Of a DNA stretch of 64,000 nucleotides, positions 61,411 through 64,000 are shown in pieces. The stretch spans positions 14,570,001-14,634,000 of the forward strand of contig NC_043023.1 of the NCBI RefSeq assembly GCF_006345805.1, written 5' to 3'. The position numbers and the translations under genes are program-made. The number at the start of each line of letters is the position of its first letter. Position 1 is the stretch's first letter. The notes under the pieces were generated by a model. It was not told the origin of the DNA, did not search any database, and saw only the letters and a list, made by a program, of their open reading frames with translations. Origin of the DNA: Octopus sinensis. Taxonomy: Eukaryota.

Positions 61411-62419
61411 GCACCCACTACACTCTTGGAGTGGCTGGCATTAGGAAATGCATCCAGCTGTAGAAACCTTGCCAGATCAGATTTGGAGCCTGGTGTGGCC
61501 TACTAGCTTGCCAGTCCCCAGTCAAATCATCGAATCCATGCCAGCATGGAAAGCGGACGTTAAATGATGATGATGTAGTTGTTTAAGCAGTGAAACAGCA
61601 GAATTGTTAACACCAAAGGAAATGCTTGACAGCATTTTGTCTGCCTTTATATTCTAAGTTCAATTACTGCCAAGGTTGATGTTACCTTTCATCTTTTGGG
61701 GATTGATGAAACGAGCACCTGTTGAGCACTGGGGTTGAGTTAATCGAGTAGTTTCCCCCCACCCCCCAAATGCTGACCCCGTGCTAAAATTTGCGACCAT
61801 TATTATTATTATTAAGGTGACAAACTGACAGAATTGTTAGCACGCTAGGCAAAATGCTTAGTGGTATTTCACCCGTTGCTACATTCTGAGTTCAAATTCC
61901 ACCAAGGTTGACTTTGCCTTTCTAGTCCCTTCCCCCAAAGGCCGTGTTCCTATGGTAGAAAGGATTATTATTATTATTAAGGTGGTGAGCTGGCAGAACC
62001 GTTAGCACATCTTGTGAAGTGCTTAGTGGTATTTCACTCATTGCTAATTTCTGAGTTCGAATTCTGCCGAGGTCAACTTTGCCTTTAATCCTTTTGGGGC
62101 CAATAAAATAGGTGTCAGTTGAATGGGGTTGATGTAATTACCTCATCCCCTCCCCCAAAATTGCTGCTCTTGTGGCAAAATTTGAAACCATTACTTTTTT
62201 TATTAAGGCAGTGAGCTGGCAGAATTGTTAGCATGCTAGGCAAAATGCTTAGTGGTATTTCACCCGTTGCTACATTCCGAGTTCAAATTCCGCCAAGGCC
62301 GACTTTGCCTTTCATCCTTTCGGGAACGATAAATTAAGGCCCAGTGAAACACTGAAGTTGATGTATTCGACTAGTCCCTTCCCTCAAAATTTCAGGCCTT
62401 GTGCCTATAATAGAAAGGA

Positions 62420-63241
62420 TTATTATTATTATTATATATATTATTATTAACCCTATATATTTATAATATTAATATATATTATTATTATAATATATTATTA
62501 TTAACCCTATATATTTATATATTATTATATATATATTATTATTATATATATTATTATTAACCCTATATATTTATATATTATATTATATATTATTATTATA
62601 TATATTATTAACCCTATATATTATATATTATTAATATATATTATTATTATATATATTATTATTAACCCTATATATTTATATATTATTATATATATATTAT
62701 TATTATATATATTATTATTAACCCTATATATTTATATATTATTATATATATATTATTATATTATTATTATTAACCCTATATATTTATATATTAATATATA
62801 TATATTATTATTATTATTATTATTATATTAAACCTATATATTTATATATTATATATATATATTATATTATTATTATTATTATTAACCCTATATATTTATA
62901 TATTATTATATATATATATTATTATTATTATTAATATTATTAAACCTATATATTATATATTATTATATATATATTATTATATTATTATTATTATTAACCC
63001 TATATATTTATATATTTATATATATATATTATTATTATTATTATTATTATTAAACCTATATATTATATATTATTATATATATATTATTATTATTATTATT
63101 ATTATTAACCCTATATATTTATATATTATTATATTATATATTATTATTATTATTATTATTATTAACCTATATATTTATATATTATATATATATTATATTA
63201 TTATTATTATTATTAACCCTATATATTTATATTATTATATA

Positions 63242-63274
<33 letters not shown>

Positions 63275-64000
63275 ACCTATATATTTATATATTATTATAT
63301 ATATATTATTATTATTATTATTATTATTAACCCTATATATTTATATATTATTATTATTATTATTATTATTAACCCTATATATTTATATATTATTATATAT
63401 ATATTATTATTATATATATTATTATTACCCTATATATTTATATATTATTATATATTATTATTATTATATATATTATTATTAACCCTATATATTTATATAT
63501 TATTATATATATATTATTATTATATATATTATTATTACCCTATATATTTATATATTATTATATATATATTATTATTATATATATTATTATTAACCTATAT
63601 ATTTATATATTATTATATATATATATTATTATTATTATTATTATTATTAAACCTATATATTTATATATTATTATATATAATTATTATTATTATTATTATT
63701 AACCCTATATATTTATATATTATTATATATATATATTATTATTATTATTATTATTATTAAACCTATATATTTATATATTATTATATATATATTATTATTA
63801 TTATTATTATTATTAACCCTATATATTATATATTATTATATATATATATTATTATTATATATTATTATTAACCCTATATATTTATATATTATTATATATA
63901 TATTATTATTATTATTATTATTAACCCTATATATTTATATTATTATATATATATTATTATTATATATATTATTATTAACCTATATATTTATATATTATAT
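62420..64000. repeat. Compound (TAT)n/(TA)n satellite punctuated by AA(C)CCTATA; runs off the window end
   Basis: >1.5 kb of almost pure A/T with a CC/CCC anchor roughly every 40-60 bp. Confidence 0.95.

Overview
Eukaryotic, AT-rich, repeat-dense genomic DNA. The SINE/MITE repertoire and microsatellite load look like an Octopus (coleoid cephalopod) assembly; this is inferred from recalled repeat families, not checked. The only host protein-coding gene I can support is CNOT3 (CCR4-NOT subunit 3) on the + strand. Six short coding exons (25, 68, 75, 90, 129, 96 bp; 161 codons, [161 protein letters not shown]) span 2081-60226 with GT-AG introns, and the gene continues beyond the window. Intron 1 is 34.4 kb. 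Nearly all ORFs in the supplied track are artefacts of SINEs, microsatellites and minisatellites. The introns hold several tRNA-derived SINE families, RTE and CR1 LINE 3' fragments, four non-autonomous Helitrons, hAT/piggyBac/Tc1/MULE/Merlin-like MITEs, a tRNA-Gln(CTG) copy and many tandem arrays. The most notable observations are: (1) a complete minimal type I hammerhead ribozyme motif on the minus strand inside a 95-bp inverted repeat, whose single mismatch hits the catalytic core of the sense copy; (2) a twin-primed (5'-inverted) RTE insertion leaving an open three-C2H2-finger frame that could splice in frame to CNOT3 exon 1; (3) a tRNA-Gln fused to a SINE-type 3' tail; (4) a SINE head with two alternative tails, one matching a CR1 LINE in the same window; (5) a Helitron expanded into a 13 x ~225-bp satellite, inverted relative to a sister Helitron; (6) head-truncated SINE multimers with a fixed junction.
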